From NCBI GenBank assembly GCA_001798595.1, contig MGSS01000014.1, forward strand, positions 20,910 to 84,909: 64,000 nt of DNA, written 5' to 3'. Under the pieces are notes generated by a model. It had not been told where the DNA came from and searched no databases. It worked only from the letters and a program-made list of their open reading frames with translations. This DNA is from Deltaproteobacteria bacterium RIFCSPLOWO2_12_FULL_60_19. Lineage in GTDB: Bacteria; Desulfobacterota; Binatia; UBA9968. The number at the start of each line of letters is the position of its first letter. Within the stretch, counting starts at the first letter, position 1. Shown here one piece after another: positions 26,340-35,193 of this stretch. A program made the position numbers and the translations under genes.

Positions 26340-26851
26340 GACAGCAAAAGTTCGAGGGGATCGTCTCTATGCCAGGCCCTGTAGAGCTTGGCCGCCGTCT
26401 TTTTTGTAAATGGTTGGCCTGGTTCTCTTTTGCCGGGGCGACTGTGCCTTTCTTTGCCCGAGCTGCTTCTGGAGCCGGAGCGGATCGCGTGGTGGTCGCT
26501 ACCACTGAGGAGTTGGCCTCAGCTTGGTCCTTTAGGGAGTTTACGTTCACCAAGGAGATTGAGAGCCGCGGTTTGCGCGCCGCAAGCGAGTTCCCTGGAA
26601 TAGCTATTCGCTTGCCCGACGGCTCATTCTATGTGGCCAGTCTGGTGTGTCCTCACGAGGGTTGCCTGATTGAGTTTGAAGAGCCGTTGCTCACTTGCCC
26701 ATGCCATCGGAGCGCTTTTGATCCCGTTCAAGACGGGAAGGTGCTTTCCGGCTCTGCGCCGCGTCCCCCTTGGAAGTTCAACTTCATCATCGAAAAAGGA
26801 AAGATCGTAGTGCATGGCTTAGAACCCGGGGCTGAGATGCGGGTGAGGTGA
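26336..26851 (+). CDS. Rieske [2Fe-2S] protein with a twin-arginine-like signal (second copy)
   Basis: CPHEGC and CPCHRSAF boxes, with LGRRLFCKWLAWFSFAGATVPFFARA near the N-terminus. ATG 26336 overlaps the previous stop (ATGA). ATG 26369 is an alternative start. Confidence 0.8.
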   Translation: MRQQKFEGIVSMPGPVELGRRLFCKWLAWFSFAGATVPFFARAASGAGADRVVVATTEELASAWSFREFTFTKEIESRGLRAASEFPGIAIRLPDGSFYVASLVCPHEGCLIEFEEPLLTCPCHRSAFDPVQDGKVLSGSAPRPPWKFNFIIEKGKIVVHGLEPGAEMRVR

Positions 26852-26935
26852 GGCGCTCTTTTGGCGTGAAATGGATCTGATCTGGAAAGCCAGGGGTAAG
26901 CACGTCAATCGATGAACGAGTAACGATTAACGAAG

Positions 26936-28630
26936 ATGATCCGTTGGGACGCCAAAAATATCATCCTGTGGCTGGTGGTTCTGGTGCTGGCCTATCTCAC
27001 CTTGGTTCCACTCGTCATGCTCATCTATGGAAGCCTAAAGAGCAGCCCGCCAGGTGTGTCTGGGGCTTTCACTCTGGAGCATTACGCCGCTCTTTTTAAA
27101 GGCAGAGAGATGGCCACAGCCTTGAAGAACTCTCTCGTCTTCAGTCTCGGGACAAGTTTGGTGGCCTTTTTCGGCGGGCTCTACCTTGCCTGGATCACCG
27201 AAAGGACGAACGTACCGCTAAAGGCGGCCATTTACGCGACCTTGCTGGTGCCGCTGATTGTTCCCGGACTCCTCACCACCATTGGCTGGATGCTGCTCTT
27301 TGGCCGGCGCTCAGGCATGCTCAACCTGGTCGCCATGCGATACTTCGGCCTGGAGCAGCCGATCGATATCTACAACATGGCGGGCATGATCTGGATCCTT
27401 GGCACCGACCAGATCCCTCTGACCTTCCTTCTCCTCACGGCTGCTTTCCGCTCCATGGACCCTTCTCTCGAAGAGGCGGCCATGGTCTCCGGCGCGACCA
27501 TGGCGCAGACCGCGCGCAGCATCACTTTGAGAATTCTTCTTCCTGCCATTCTTTCGGTCTGGATCATCAACTTTATCCGGGCCGTGGAAAATTTCGAAGT
27601 TCCCGCGCTGGTCGGCATCCCGGGACAAATTCTGGTTTTTTCCACAGAAGTCTATCTCGCGACGCGCCAGGTCCCGACCGACTTCGGTCTCGCCAGCACC
27701 TTTGCCGTGGTCTATTTGGTGATCGCCGCCGTGGGAATCTATATTTATCTCAAGGCCACCAAAGCGGCGGAGCGCTTCACGACCATATCAGGAAAAGGAT
27801 ATCGGCCTACCACCATCCATCTGGGCGGGTTACGCTACCCCGTGGCGTTGCTGACTTTGCTGCTCTCCTTCGCCATTTTCATCCTGCCGGTGTTGCAGAT
27901 CGTGTGGTCCTCTTTTCTCCCCTACTTCATGCCGCCGTCTGTGGCAGCGCTGGAGAGTCTGACCTTGGATAGCTATCGAGAGCTTTTCCGCTTTCCGCTG
28001 ATCCAGCGCGCTTTCTGGAACAGTTTTCTGTTGGGGCTATCCAGCTCGACGCTGGTGATGGTCTTCACCGCCGTGATTGCCTGGATTGTCGTGCGCACCC
28101 ATTGGCGGGGGAAGGGAGTTCTAGACTTCTTGGCCTTTAGCCCTATCGCTGTGCCTGGACTCGTGCTCGGGATCGCCATCCTTTGGGTTTATCTCACGCT
28201 ACCCATTCCAATCTACGGGACACTATGGATCCTGCTTGTCGCTTACGTGATCAAATATCTCCCCTATGGGATGCGGGCCTGCTCCTCCTCGATGCACCAG
28301 ATCCAAAAAGAGCTGGAAGAGGCCTCGGCTGCCTGCGGCGCCTCCTGGGGAAGGACATTTGTTCGCGTCGTTCTTCCCCTCTTGTTGCCGGGATTTGTCG
28401 CCGGCTGGATCTATGTGATCACTCACTCCTTCCGCGAGCTTTCGACCTCTATCCTTCTCTATCGAAATGGCACGGAGGTTCTCTCAGTCGTTATCTTCGA
28501 GCTATGGGACGGCGGACAGTATCCGGAGCTCTGCGCCTTGGGGGTAACGCTCGTGGTTATTTTGTCAACCATCAGTCTTTTAGCGCGCCGGATTGGGGCC
28601 CAGTTCGGTCTCGAGCGGGCCATGGCGTAA
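26936..28630 (+). CDS. ABC transporter permease, fused double-domain (paralog of 15064..16773)
   Basis: 564 aa. It is colinear with the first permease, for example DPSLEEAAMVSGAT and QKELEEASAACGAS. Confidence 0.85.
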   Translation: MIRWDAKNIILWLVVLVLAYLTLVPLVMLIYGSLKSSPPGVSGAFTLEHYAALFKGREMATALKNSLVFSLGTSLVAFFGGLYLAWITERTNVPLKAAIYATLLVPLIVPGLLTTIGWMLLFGRRSGMLNLVAMRYFGLEQPIDIYNMAGMIWILGTDQIPLTFLLLTAAFRSMDPSLEEAAMVSGATMAQTARSITLRILLPAILSVWIINFIRAVENFEVPALVGIPGQILVFSTEVYLATRQVPTDFGLASTFAVVYLVIAAVGIYIYLKATKAAERFTTISGKGYRPTTIHLGGLRYPVALLTLLLSFAIFILPVLQIVWSSFLPYFMPPSVAALESLTLDSYRELFRFPLIQRAFWNSFLLGLSSSTLVMVFTAVIAWIVVRTHWRGKGVLDFLAFSPIAVPGLVLGIAILWVYLTLPIPIYGTLWILLVAYVIKYLPYGMRACSSSMHQIQKELEEASAACGASWGRTFVRVVLPLLLPGFVAGWIYVITHSFRELSTSILLYRNGTEVLSVVIFELWDGGQYPELCALGVTLVVILSTISLLARRIGAQFGLERAMA

Positions 28631-28647
28631 TTAAAGGAGGTTTTCTT

Positions 28648-29742
28648 ATGACGCGAATGAAAGCCCGACGCATGGTCGGCGGTTGGTTCCTGTTCCTGCT
28701 TCTCCCGGCAATGCTGGCAGCCAAGACCGTTGAAGAATCCCTTGCTGAGTTGGAGCGGCTTCCCGCTCCACAGCGGCAGAGGCTGCTTGTGGAGCGGGCT
28801 CGAAGCGAGGGAAGGATCGGCTGGTATGGCAACTATAACCTGGACCAGGCGACGACGCTCAAGGATGCCTTCGAAAAAAAGTATCCTCCGATTCAGATCG
28901 ACTATTGGCGCGGAAGCGGCAATAAGGTGGTCGATCGAATCCTTAACGAGACGCGAGCGGGGCGGTGGGATGTCGATGTGATCTTTGCCGGAGATGTGGG
29001 GACCTATATCCTCATGCAGGCGGGGGTTGTGGGTAGATACCGCTCACCGGAAAGGATGGGTTACTCTGCCCGTTCCGTTGATAAGGAAGGGTACTGGAGC
29101 GGGCTTACCTTCGGGCCGAGCATTCTGGCTTACAACACGAAACTGGTCAAAGAAGCGGAGGTGCCGAAGTCTTACGAGGATTTCTTGCATCCGCGCTGGC
29201 GTGGGGAGATGGCGATCGATATGGAGGCAGACCGGGTGGTGTCAGCCTGGCTTATCCTGTGGGGAGAGCAGAAAACGGTCGAATATCTCAAAGCCCTGAT
29301 GGCCAATAAGCCCATCGTTCGCAAAGGCCACACCTTGCTCACCCAGCTTCTGTGCGGCGGCGAGTTCAAGGTTGCCCCAGAACTTTACGCCTATCAGGTC
29401 ACCCGCATGAAGCGAGAGAAGGGGTGCCCCATCGATTTTCGCTATCCCGACCCCACGCCTGCTTCCATCACTCCCGTGGCGGTCGCGAAAAATCCTCCGC
29501 ATCCCTTTGCTGCGGCGCTCTTCGTCGACTTTCTCCTCTCGGCCGAAGGACAGAATATCTTTGCAGCCGTGGGTCGCATCCCCGCCCGCAGGGGAATCAA
29601 GGCGCAGTATCCCGATATCTCGAACATCGAGGAGAGGGGAATAAAGCTCCTCCTCATGACGCCCGAGGAGGAAGGGAAGTGGCAGGAGAAGAGCTTCAAG
29701 CTGGTCGAGGAGTATATCGTGCGGAAGCGGGCAACGGAGTAA
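28648..29742 (+). CDS. Exported ABC solute-binding protein, family-1 type (S3)
   Basis: ATG 28648 follows AAAGGAGG. The signal peptide is MTRMKARRMVGGWFLFLLLPAMLAA. It carries the LERLPAPQRQRLLVERARSEG helix. Confidence 0.85.
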   Translation: MTRMKARRMVGGWFLFLLLPAMLAAKTVEESLAELERLPAPQRQRLLVERARSEGRIGWYGNYNLDQATTLKDAFEKKYPPIQIDYWRGSGNKVVDRILNETRAGRWDVDVIFAGDVGTYILMQAGVVGRYRSPERMGYSARSVDKEGYWSGLTFGPSILAYNTKLVKEAEVPKSYEDFLHPRWRGEMAIDMEADRVVSAWLILWGEQKTVEYLKALMANKPIVRKGHTLLTQLLCGGEFKVAPELYAYQVTRMKREKGCPIDFRYPDPTPASITPVAVAKNPPHPFAAALFVDFLLSAEGQNIFAAVGRIPARRGIKAQYPDISNIEERGIKLLLMTPEEEGKWQEKSFKLVEEYIVRKRATE

Positions 29743-29761
29743 AACATTGGTGGAGGACAAA

Positions 29762-30838
29762 ATGAAAAAGGCCACGACTCTCGTCTTTCTGATGCTGCTT
29801 TCATCCTCGGGTTTTTTATCCATCAGCGGCGCGGCAACTGAGGATGTTCTGGAGAAGATCGAATCGCTCCCCAAGGCCGAGCGGCAGAAGGCGCTGGAGG
29901 ACGGAGCGCGCAAGGAAGGCTCGGTCACCGTCTACGGCGTGCTCAACACCGACGAGCACGGGCCGATCAACACGGGCTTCCAGAAAAAATATCCTTTTCT
30001 CAAAGTCGATTTTCTGCGTGCCGCCGCGGCCAAGAACTTCGAGCGGGCGCTCATGGAAAAGCGCGCAGGCAAGGTGCGGGGCGATCTCTTCATCGGCGCC
30101 ACTTTAGAGATGGTCGCGGGTAAAAAGGAGGGCACCTTTGCCTCCTACCGCTCGCCGGAGGCCGAGGTTTACCCTGAGGCTCTCAGGGATCCGGACGGCT
30201 ATTGGGTGTCGTTGGCGATGCTCATCAATGTAATGGCTTACAACTCCGATCTCGTCCCGGAGCAAGATGCCCCAAGGGGGTATATGGATCTATTGCATCC
30301 GAAATGGAAGAGGAAGATTGGCGTGGATCTGGAGATTGAAAAGACCGCAACTGCCCTGGTGCAGGCCTGGGGCTGGGAGAAGGCGCGCGATTACTTTATC
30401 AGGCTTGCTGCTCAGGAGCCGCATTTTCGCAAAGGCCATACGCTTCTCGTTCAGCTCCTCTGCGCAGGAGAGTTCCCCGTTATCTTTGAAGCCTATGGCT
30501 ACCGCACAGCGGATATGGCCAAGCGGGGTTGCCCAGTAAGGCTCGTCTTTGGCGACCCGATTCCTGTGGGTGCCCTTCCTGTCGCGATGATGGCCCAGGC
30601 GCCTCACCCCCATGTGGCCGCGCTTTATTATGACTTTCTCCTGAGCGCGCCCGGCGTCGAATTCGTTCGCGCCCGCGGTCGGACGCCGAGTCGTCCTGGG
30701 CTGGAGTCGATCTACCCTGAGCTCAAAGGCGTCAAGGAAAGAAAAAACCTCTTGGTGCTCAACCCCAATGCGTTCGGCCGGATTTACCCTCAGGTGAGTA
30801 GCTTGTTGGATGAGACGCTGTTTAAAGGAAGAAGATAG
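29762..30838 (+). CDS. Exported ABC solute-binding protein, family-1 type (S4)
   Basis: The signal peptide is MKKATTLVFLMLLSSSGFLSISGA. It carries the IESLPKAERQKALEDGARKEG helix. Confidence 0.85.
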   Translation: MKKATTLVFLMLLSSSGFLSISGAATEDVLEKIESLPKAERQKALEDGARKEGSVTVYGVLNTDEHGPINTGFQKKYPFLKVDFLRAAAAKNFERALMEKRAGKVRGDLFIGATLEMVAGKKEGTFASYRSPEAEVYPEALRDPDGYWVSLAMLINVMAYNSDLVPEQDAPRGYMDLLHPKWKRKIGVDLEIEKTATALVQAWGWEKARDYFIRLAAQEPHFRKGHTLLVQLLCAGEFPVIFEAYGYRTADMAKRGCPVRLVFGDPIPVGALPVAMMAQAPHPHVAALYYDFLLSAPGVEFVRARGRTPSRPGLESIYPELKGVKERKNLLVLNPNAFGRIYPQVSSLLDETLFKGRR

Positions 30839-30880
30839 GGGGAAAAGAAAGCGAGAATAGAGGATCGAGGATTGCGAGCG

Positions 30881-30979
30881 GCAAGCCGCCGCCCGCTCTC
30901 CGAGCCTGCGCAATGGGTAGCTACTTAATCCCACCGGCAGTATCGGATGCGCAGGCTCTACGACCGGGCAGCGGCTTGC
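30881..30979. repeat. 99-nt structured palindromic element, family 3, copy a (candidate cis-acting RNA or REP)
   Basis: gcaagccgccgcccgctctccgagcctgcgcaatgggtagctacttaatcccaccggcagtatcggatgcgcaggctctacgaccgggcagcggcttgc. It is colinear with 42871-42969. Confidence 0.8.
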
Positions 30980-31072
30980 CGAGCGAGGCGAGGGGCGCGG
31001 CTTCTCGCCGGAATGACGAAAACGGGTTGGCGAAGCTGTCCACGAGTTCTTGATACGGACTGAAGGAAAGTC

Positions 31073-32527
31073 ATGCCGTTTGCCGATTTGAGAGAATGGA
31101 TTTCGGCTCTGGAAAAAGCCGGGGAGCTTCAGCGCGTCTCCACGGAGGTGGACTGGAGGCTGGAGGTGGGGGCGATCGTACGGCGCGTGTGCGAGACCAA
31201 CGGTCCGGCGGTCCTGTTCGAAAAGCTCAAGGACTATCCCAAAGGCTTCCGCATCCTCGGCGCGCCGATGGCGCGGAGCCGCAACCACCCCCATGCGCGT
31301 CTCGCGATCGCGCTCGGCTTTCCGCCGGACACCGGAGTCCGCGAGCTGACCGAGTCCTATCTCGCCAGGCGAAAAAACTCGATCCCGCCGCGCGTTATCG
31401 ATTTTCCCGGCCCATGCCAGGAAAACATTCTCACCGGCGACGCGGTCGATCTTTTGAAATTTCCCGTGCCGCTGATCCACGGCGGCGACGGCGGCCGCTA
31501 TATCGGCACCTGGCACACGATCATTACCAGGCATCCGGAAAAGCCGTGGGTCAACTACGGCATGTATCGCCTGATGGTGCACGACAAAAAACGGATGGGC
31601 GCCTTTCTCGGCCCGATCCAGGATATTCGCCGCCATCTGGCGGCCTATCAAAGGCTCGGCCGCCAGATGGAGTTTGCCGTGGCGATCGGCGCCGAGCCGG
31701 TGACGGCCGCGCTCTCCTGCGTATCGCTCCAGGGAGAGAGAAGCGAAGTGGACGTCATCGGCGGCCTGCGGCGAGAGCCGCTGGAGCTGGTGCGCTGCAA
31801 GACGGTTGACCTCGAAGTCCCGGCGACGGCGGAGATCGTGATCGAGGGATTCGTCAACCCCGACGAGTCGGAGGACGAGGGGCCGTTCGGCGAGTACACG
31901 GGCTATGTCGCGGGGGGCAGACAGCCGCGCCCCGTATTCAACGTCACCGCCGTCACTCACAGGAACGATCCGATCCTCACGATGACCTCGATCGGGATTC
32001 CCGTGGACGAAGATCACGTCGTCATGCCGATCGCCAACGCCGCCGAGGTTTTGGAGGAGCTGCGCGACCACAAAGGCTATCCCGTCAACTTTGTCCACAT
32101 TCTCCCGGAGTCGGCGAACCACTTCTGGGCCGTTTCGACGAAGGTGCCGGACAACACCTACGCGCGCCGGCTGGCGATGGCGATTTGGGGCACCAAGGCG
32201 GGGCGCTACGCCAACTATCTCCTGCTCGTCAACGAAGACGTGGACATCACGGATTTGAAAAGCGTCGTCTGGGCGATGGCGACGCGAGTCCATCCCGTGC
32301 GGGATGTCTGGCAGGTGCCTCACGGATACACGTCGGTCTTGATCCCGTTTCTCTCCGCAGAGGAGCGGAAGAGCGGCGACGGCGCTTACATGCTGCTGGA
32401 CGGTACCTGGCCGGCGGACTTGCCCGCGAGCGAGATCCCGAAGGTCTCCTCCTTCGCCCGCCTCTGGCCCGAGGAAATTCAAAGTCGGGTGCTGGCGAGG
32501 TGGAACGAGTATGGGTTTAAGGCCTGA
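31073..32527 (+). CDS. UbiD-family decarboxylase/carboxylase, paralog U2 (subfamily A)
   Basis: 484 aa with GGRYIGTWH, NYGMYR and DEGPFGEYTGY. It is colinear with U1 and U6. Confidence 0.9.
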   Translation: MPFADLREWISALEKAGELQRVSTEVDWRLEVGAIVRRVCETNGPAVLFEKLKDYPKGFRILGAPMARSRNHPHARLAIALGFPPDTGVRELTESYLARRKNSIPPRVIDFPGPCQENILTGDAVDLLKFPVPLIHGGDGGRYIGTWHTIITRHPEKPWVNYGMYRLMVHDKKRMGAFLGPIQDIRRHLAAYQRLGRQMEFAVAIGAEPVTAALSCVSLQGERSEVDVIGGLRREPLELVRCKTVDLEVPATAEIVIEGFVNPDESEDEGPFGEYTGYVAGGRQPRPVFNVTAVTHRNDPILTMTSIGIPVDEDHVVMPIANAAEVLEELRDHKGYPVNFVHILPESANHFWAVSTKVPDNTYARRLAMAIWGTKAGRYANYLLLVNEDVDITDLKSVVWAMATRVHPVRDVWQVPHGYTSVLIPFLSAEERKSGDGAYMLLDGTWPADLPASEIPKVSSFARLWPEEIQSRVLARWNEYGFKA

Positions 32528-32537
32528 GGGGATTACG

Positions 32538-34016
32538 ATGGGCCGTGAAGATCTCCGTGAATGGCTCTCCGCTTTAGAGGAAACGGGTGAACTGAAGCGT
32601 GTCAGGACCGAGGTTCACTGGGACCTGGAGCTGGCGGCCATCGTGAGGAAGGTGGGCAACGAGAACGGGCCGGGACTTTTGTTCGACAACATCACCGGCT
32701 GCCGGACCACGCACTGCCGGAAGCTCACCGCCAATAGTCTGGGCTCGCGGAAAAGAGTGGCTCTCGCCCTGGGGCTTTCGCCGGAAACCGGCTACTTCGA
32801 GATGACCCGGTTTTTGAAAAAGAAGTTCGGGGAGAAGATCGCTCCCGTGGCGCTTCGTACAGGCCCGGTCAAAAGAAACGTGATTCGCGACGATGTGGAC
32901 CTTTTCCAGTTTCCGGTTCCCAAATGGCATGCCGAAGACGGCGGCCGTTACATCCTTACGGCCGCCGGCATAGTCACTGCGGATCGTGAAACGAAGGTCA
33001 TGAATGTCGGCGTTTACCGCGGCATGCTGTCGAGTCAAAAAACGATACCGGTTTTGATGCCGGCGACCCAGCACGGGGGAAGACATTTCTCGCAGTATCA
33101 GGCGCGCGGAGAGGAGATGCCGGTTGCCGTGGTCATCGGCTGGGATCCGATATTTTTTATCACCGCGGCCACGCCGGTGCGCCATCCCGGATATTCGGAG
33201 TACGAGATCATGGGCGCATTGAGAGGCTCTCCCGTGGAGCTGGTCAAGTGCGAGACCTCCGACTTGATGGTTCCGGCCAACGCCGAGATCGTCATCGAGG
33301 GGAAAATCTCTCCCGACCCGGCGACTTTCGAGATGGAGGGACCGTTCGGCGAATATCCGGGTTATTTCGGCGGCGCCGCCTCCCGCAAGCCGGTCATTCG
33401 AGTGGAGTGTGTTACCTTCCGCGACGACCCCATCTTTATGGGAACTCTGGAAGGCCAGAGTCCCGGGAAGCTCGACGAGGGCTCCCACTTTACCTGCGCG
33501 GCCATGTCCGCAGTTGCCTGGAACCTGCTGGATGACATCGGCGTGCCGAACGTCACCGGAGCTTGGTGCAAGCCTGTGGTGGCGGGGACGAACCTACGGG
33601 TGCAGATCAAAAAAATCTACCGTGGACAGGCGAAGCAAGTCGCCAACGCGTTGTGGGGAGCAGGCTATTATCTCGCCAAAAACCTGATCGTCGTCGATGA
33701 CGACATCGACATCTATGACGACGATGCCGTGGAGTGGGCCATCGCGTGGAGGACCAATGCGGCCATGGGAGATTTCGCCTTTTTCCCCGGCACCTTCGGC
33801 TCTCTCTATGACCCCAGCGTGCCGCTGAAAGAGCGCGACGCCCTCAAATACGGCCAGGGAAAATGGACACGCATCCTCACGGACGCGACGATCAATTGGG
33901 ATCTGGAGCTGGAGGAGCAGTTCGGGGGGAAACGCTATCCTCCGCTATCCACGGCGATCGACCCCGATACGGAACAAAAAATTCTGGCGCGGTGGAAGGA
34001 GTACGAGATCGACTAA
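32538..34016 (+). CDS. UbiD-family decarboxylase/carboxylase, paralog U3 (subfamily B)
   Basis: MGREDLREWLSALEETGELKRV, NVGVYR, QHGG, MEGPFGEYPGY and KIYRGQAKQVANALWG. I chose the start at 32538 to avoid overlapping U2. Confidence 0.9.
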   Translation: MGREDLREWLSALEETGELKRVRTEVHWDLELAAIVRKVGNENGPGLLFDNITGCRTTHCRKLTANSLGSRKRVALALGLSPETGYFEMTRFLKKKFGEKIAPVALRTGPVKRNVIRDDVDLFQFPVPKWHAEDGGRYILTAAGIVTADRETKVMNVGVYRGMLSSQKTIPVLMPATQHGGRHFSQYQARGEEMPVAVVIGWDPIFFITAATPVRHPGYSEYEIMGALRGSPVELVKCETSDLMVPANAEIVIEGKISPDPATFEMEGPFGEYPGYFGGAASRKPVIRVECVTFRDDPIFMGTLEGQSPGKLDEGSHFTCAAMSAVAWNLLDDIGVPNVTGAWCKPVVAGTNLRVQIKKIYRGQAKQVANALWGAGYYLAKNLIVVDDDIDIYDDDAVEWAIAWRTNAAMGDFAFFPGTFGSLYDPSVPLKERDALKYGQGKWTRILTDATINWDLELEEQFGGKRYPPLSTAIDPDTEQKILARWKEYEID

Positions 34017-34048
34017 TCGGCCACCACGGCCGGAGACCCGGAGGGAGC

Positions 34049-35191
34049 ATGAAAAACATAAGCCTGTTTGTTGTAGTTCTCGTCGGCGCCTTTCTCTTTT
34101 CCCCCGGCAGCTCTCTCTCCGCCGAAGCGCCCGGTGACGCGGAGGGATTGCTCCAACAGCTAAACAGCCTCTCTCCCGCCGAGAGGGACAAGCGGCTTAT
34201 TGAGGGAGCCAAGAAAGAGGGGAGCCTGCTCTGGTACGCCCATTGGGATTTGGACGAGCTGAACAAGCTCAAAGCCGGCTTCGAAAAAAAATATCCATTC
34301 GTCAAGGTCAACACGTTGAGGATGGCCGGCGGCAGAGGCCTCGACCGCATTCTCACGGAGGCCCGCGCCGGACGGTATCTCGCCGATCTCTACTACGACG
34401 GTCCGCGGGAGGCCTACGTTTTTTATGCCAAGGAAAAGATGGCGGCAAGAAACCTGACGCCCCATCGACGCGAGCTCTACGAGTCTCAGAGGGATACGGA
34501 AGGCTACTGGGTTTCTCTTTCTCTGACGCTTAACACGATTGCGTATAACAGCGAGCTGGTCTCGGGCGCGGAGGCGCCCAAGAACTGGGACGATCTTCTC
34601 CATCCCAGGTGGAGGGGAAAGATCGCCATGGACACGGAGCCGGATGTCATGATCGAGGGGCTGATAAGCGTCTGGGGAATGCAAAAGACGGAAGAATATC
34701 TTAAGAAGCTCGCGCGCCAGAATATCCTCTTAAGAAGAGGGCACACGCTCATCACGCAGCTTCTCGCGGCGGGAGATTTTCCGGTGGCGGCCGAGCTTTA
34801 CGACTATCGAGTGCTGGAGCTGAAACGGCGAGGGGCGCCGCTGGAGCTGGTCCTGCAATCTCCCATGCCGGCGGCGACCAACGCGCTCATGATTCCCAGG
34901 CAGGCGTCCCGTCCCCATGCAGCGGCGCTGCTGTACGATTTTCTCGTCTCCGAGGAGGGGCAGAGGATTATATCTTTGGAGATCGGCAGAACACCGAGCC
35001 GCAAAGGGGTCCCCAGCCTCTATCGAGAGCTCGACGGGGTCGCCGACCGGTATCAGGTGGCGGTCAATCATCCCGATCTGGTCGGCCCGCACGGCGACTC
35101 CGTGACGAAGCTGATCGAGGAAATCTTCCTGAGCCAGCGCTTCCGACAAAAGGAGCTGCAAGACAAACTGAAAAAATACGAAAGGAAGTAG
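34049..35191 (+). CDS. Exported ABC solute-binding protein, family-1 type (S5)
   Basis: ATG 34049 follows GGAGGGAG. The signal peptide is MKNISLFVVVLVGAFLFSPGSSLSA. It carries the LNSLSPAERDKRLIEGAKKEG helix. Confidence 0.85.
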   Translation: MKNISLFVVVLVGAFLFSPGSSLSAEAPGDAEGLLQQLNSLSPAERDKRLIEGAKKEGSLLWYAHWDLDELNKLKAGFEKKYPFVKVNTLRMAGGRGLDRILTEARAGRYLADLYYDGPREAYVFYAKEKMAARNLTPHRRELYESQRDTEGYWVSLSLTLNTIAYNSELVSGAEAPKNWDDLLHPRWRGKIAMDTEPDVMIEGLISVWGMQKTEEYLKKLARQNILLRRGHTLITQLLAAGDFPVAAELYDYRVLELKRRGAPLELVLQSPMPAATNALMIPRQASRPHAAALLYDFLVSEEGQRIISLEIGRTPSRKGVPSLYRELDGVADRYQVAVNHPDLVGPHGDSVTKLIEEIFLSQRFRQKELQDKLKKYERK

Positions 35192-35193
35192 TC

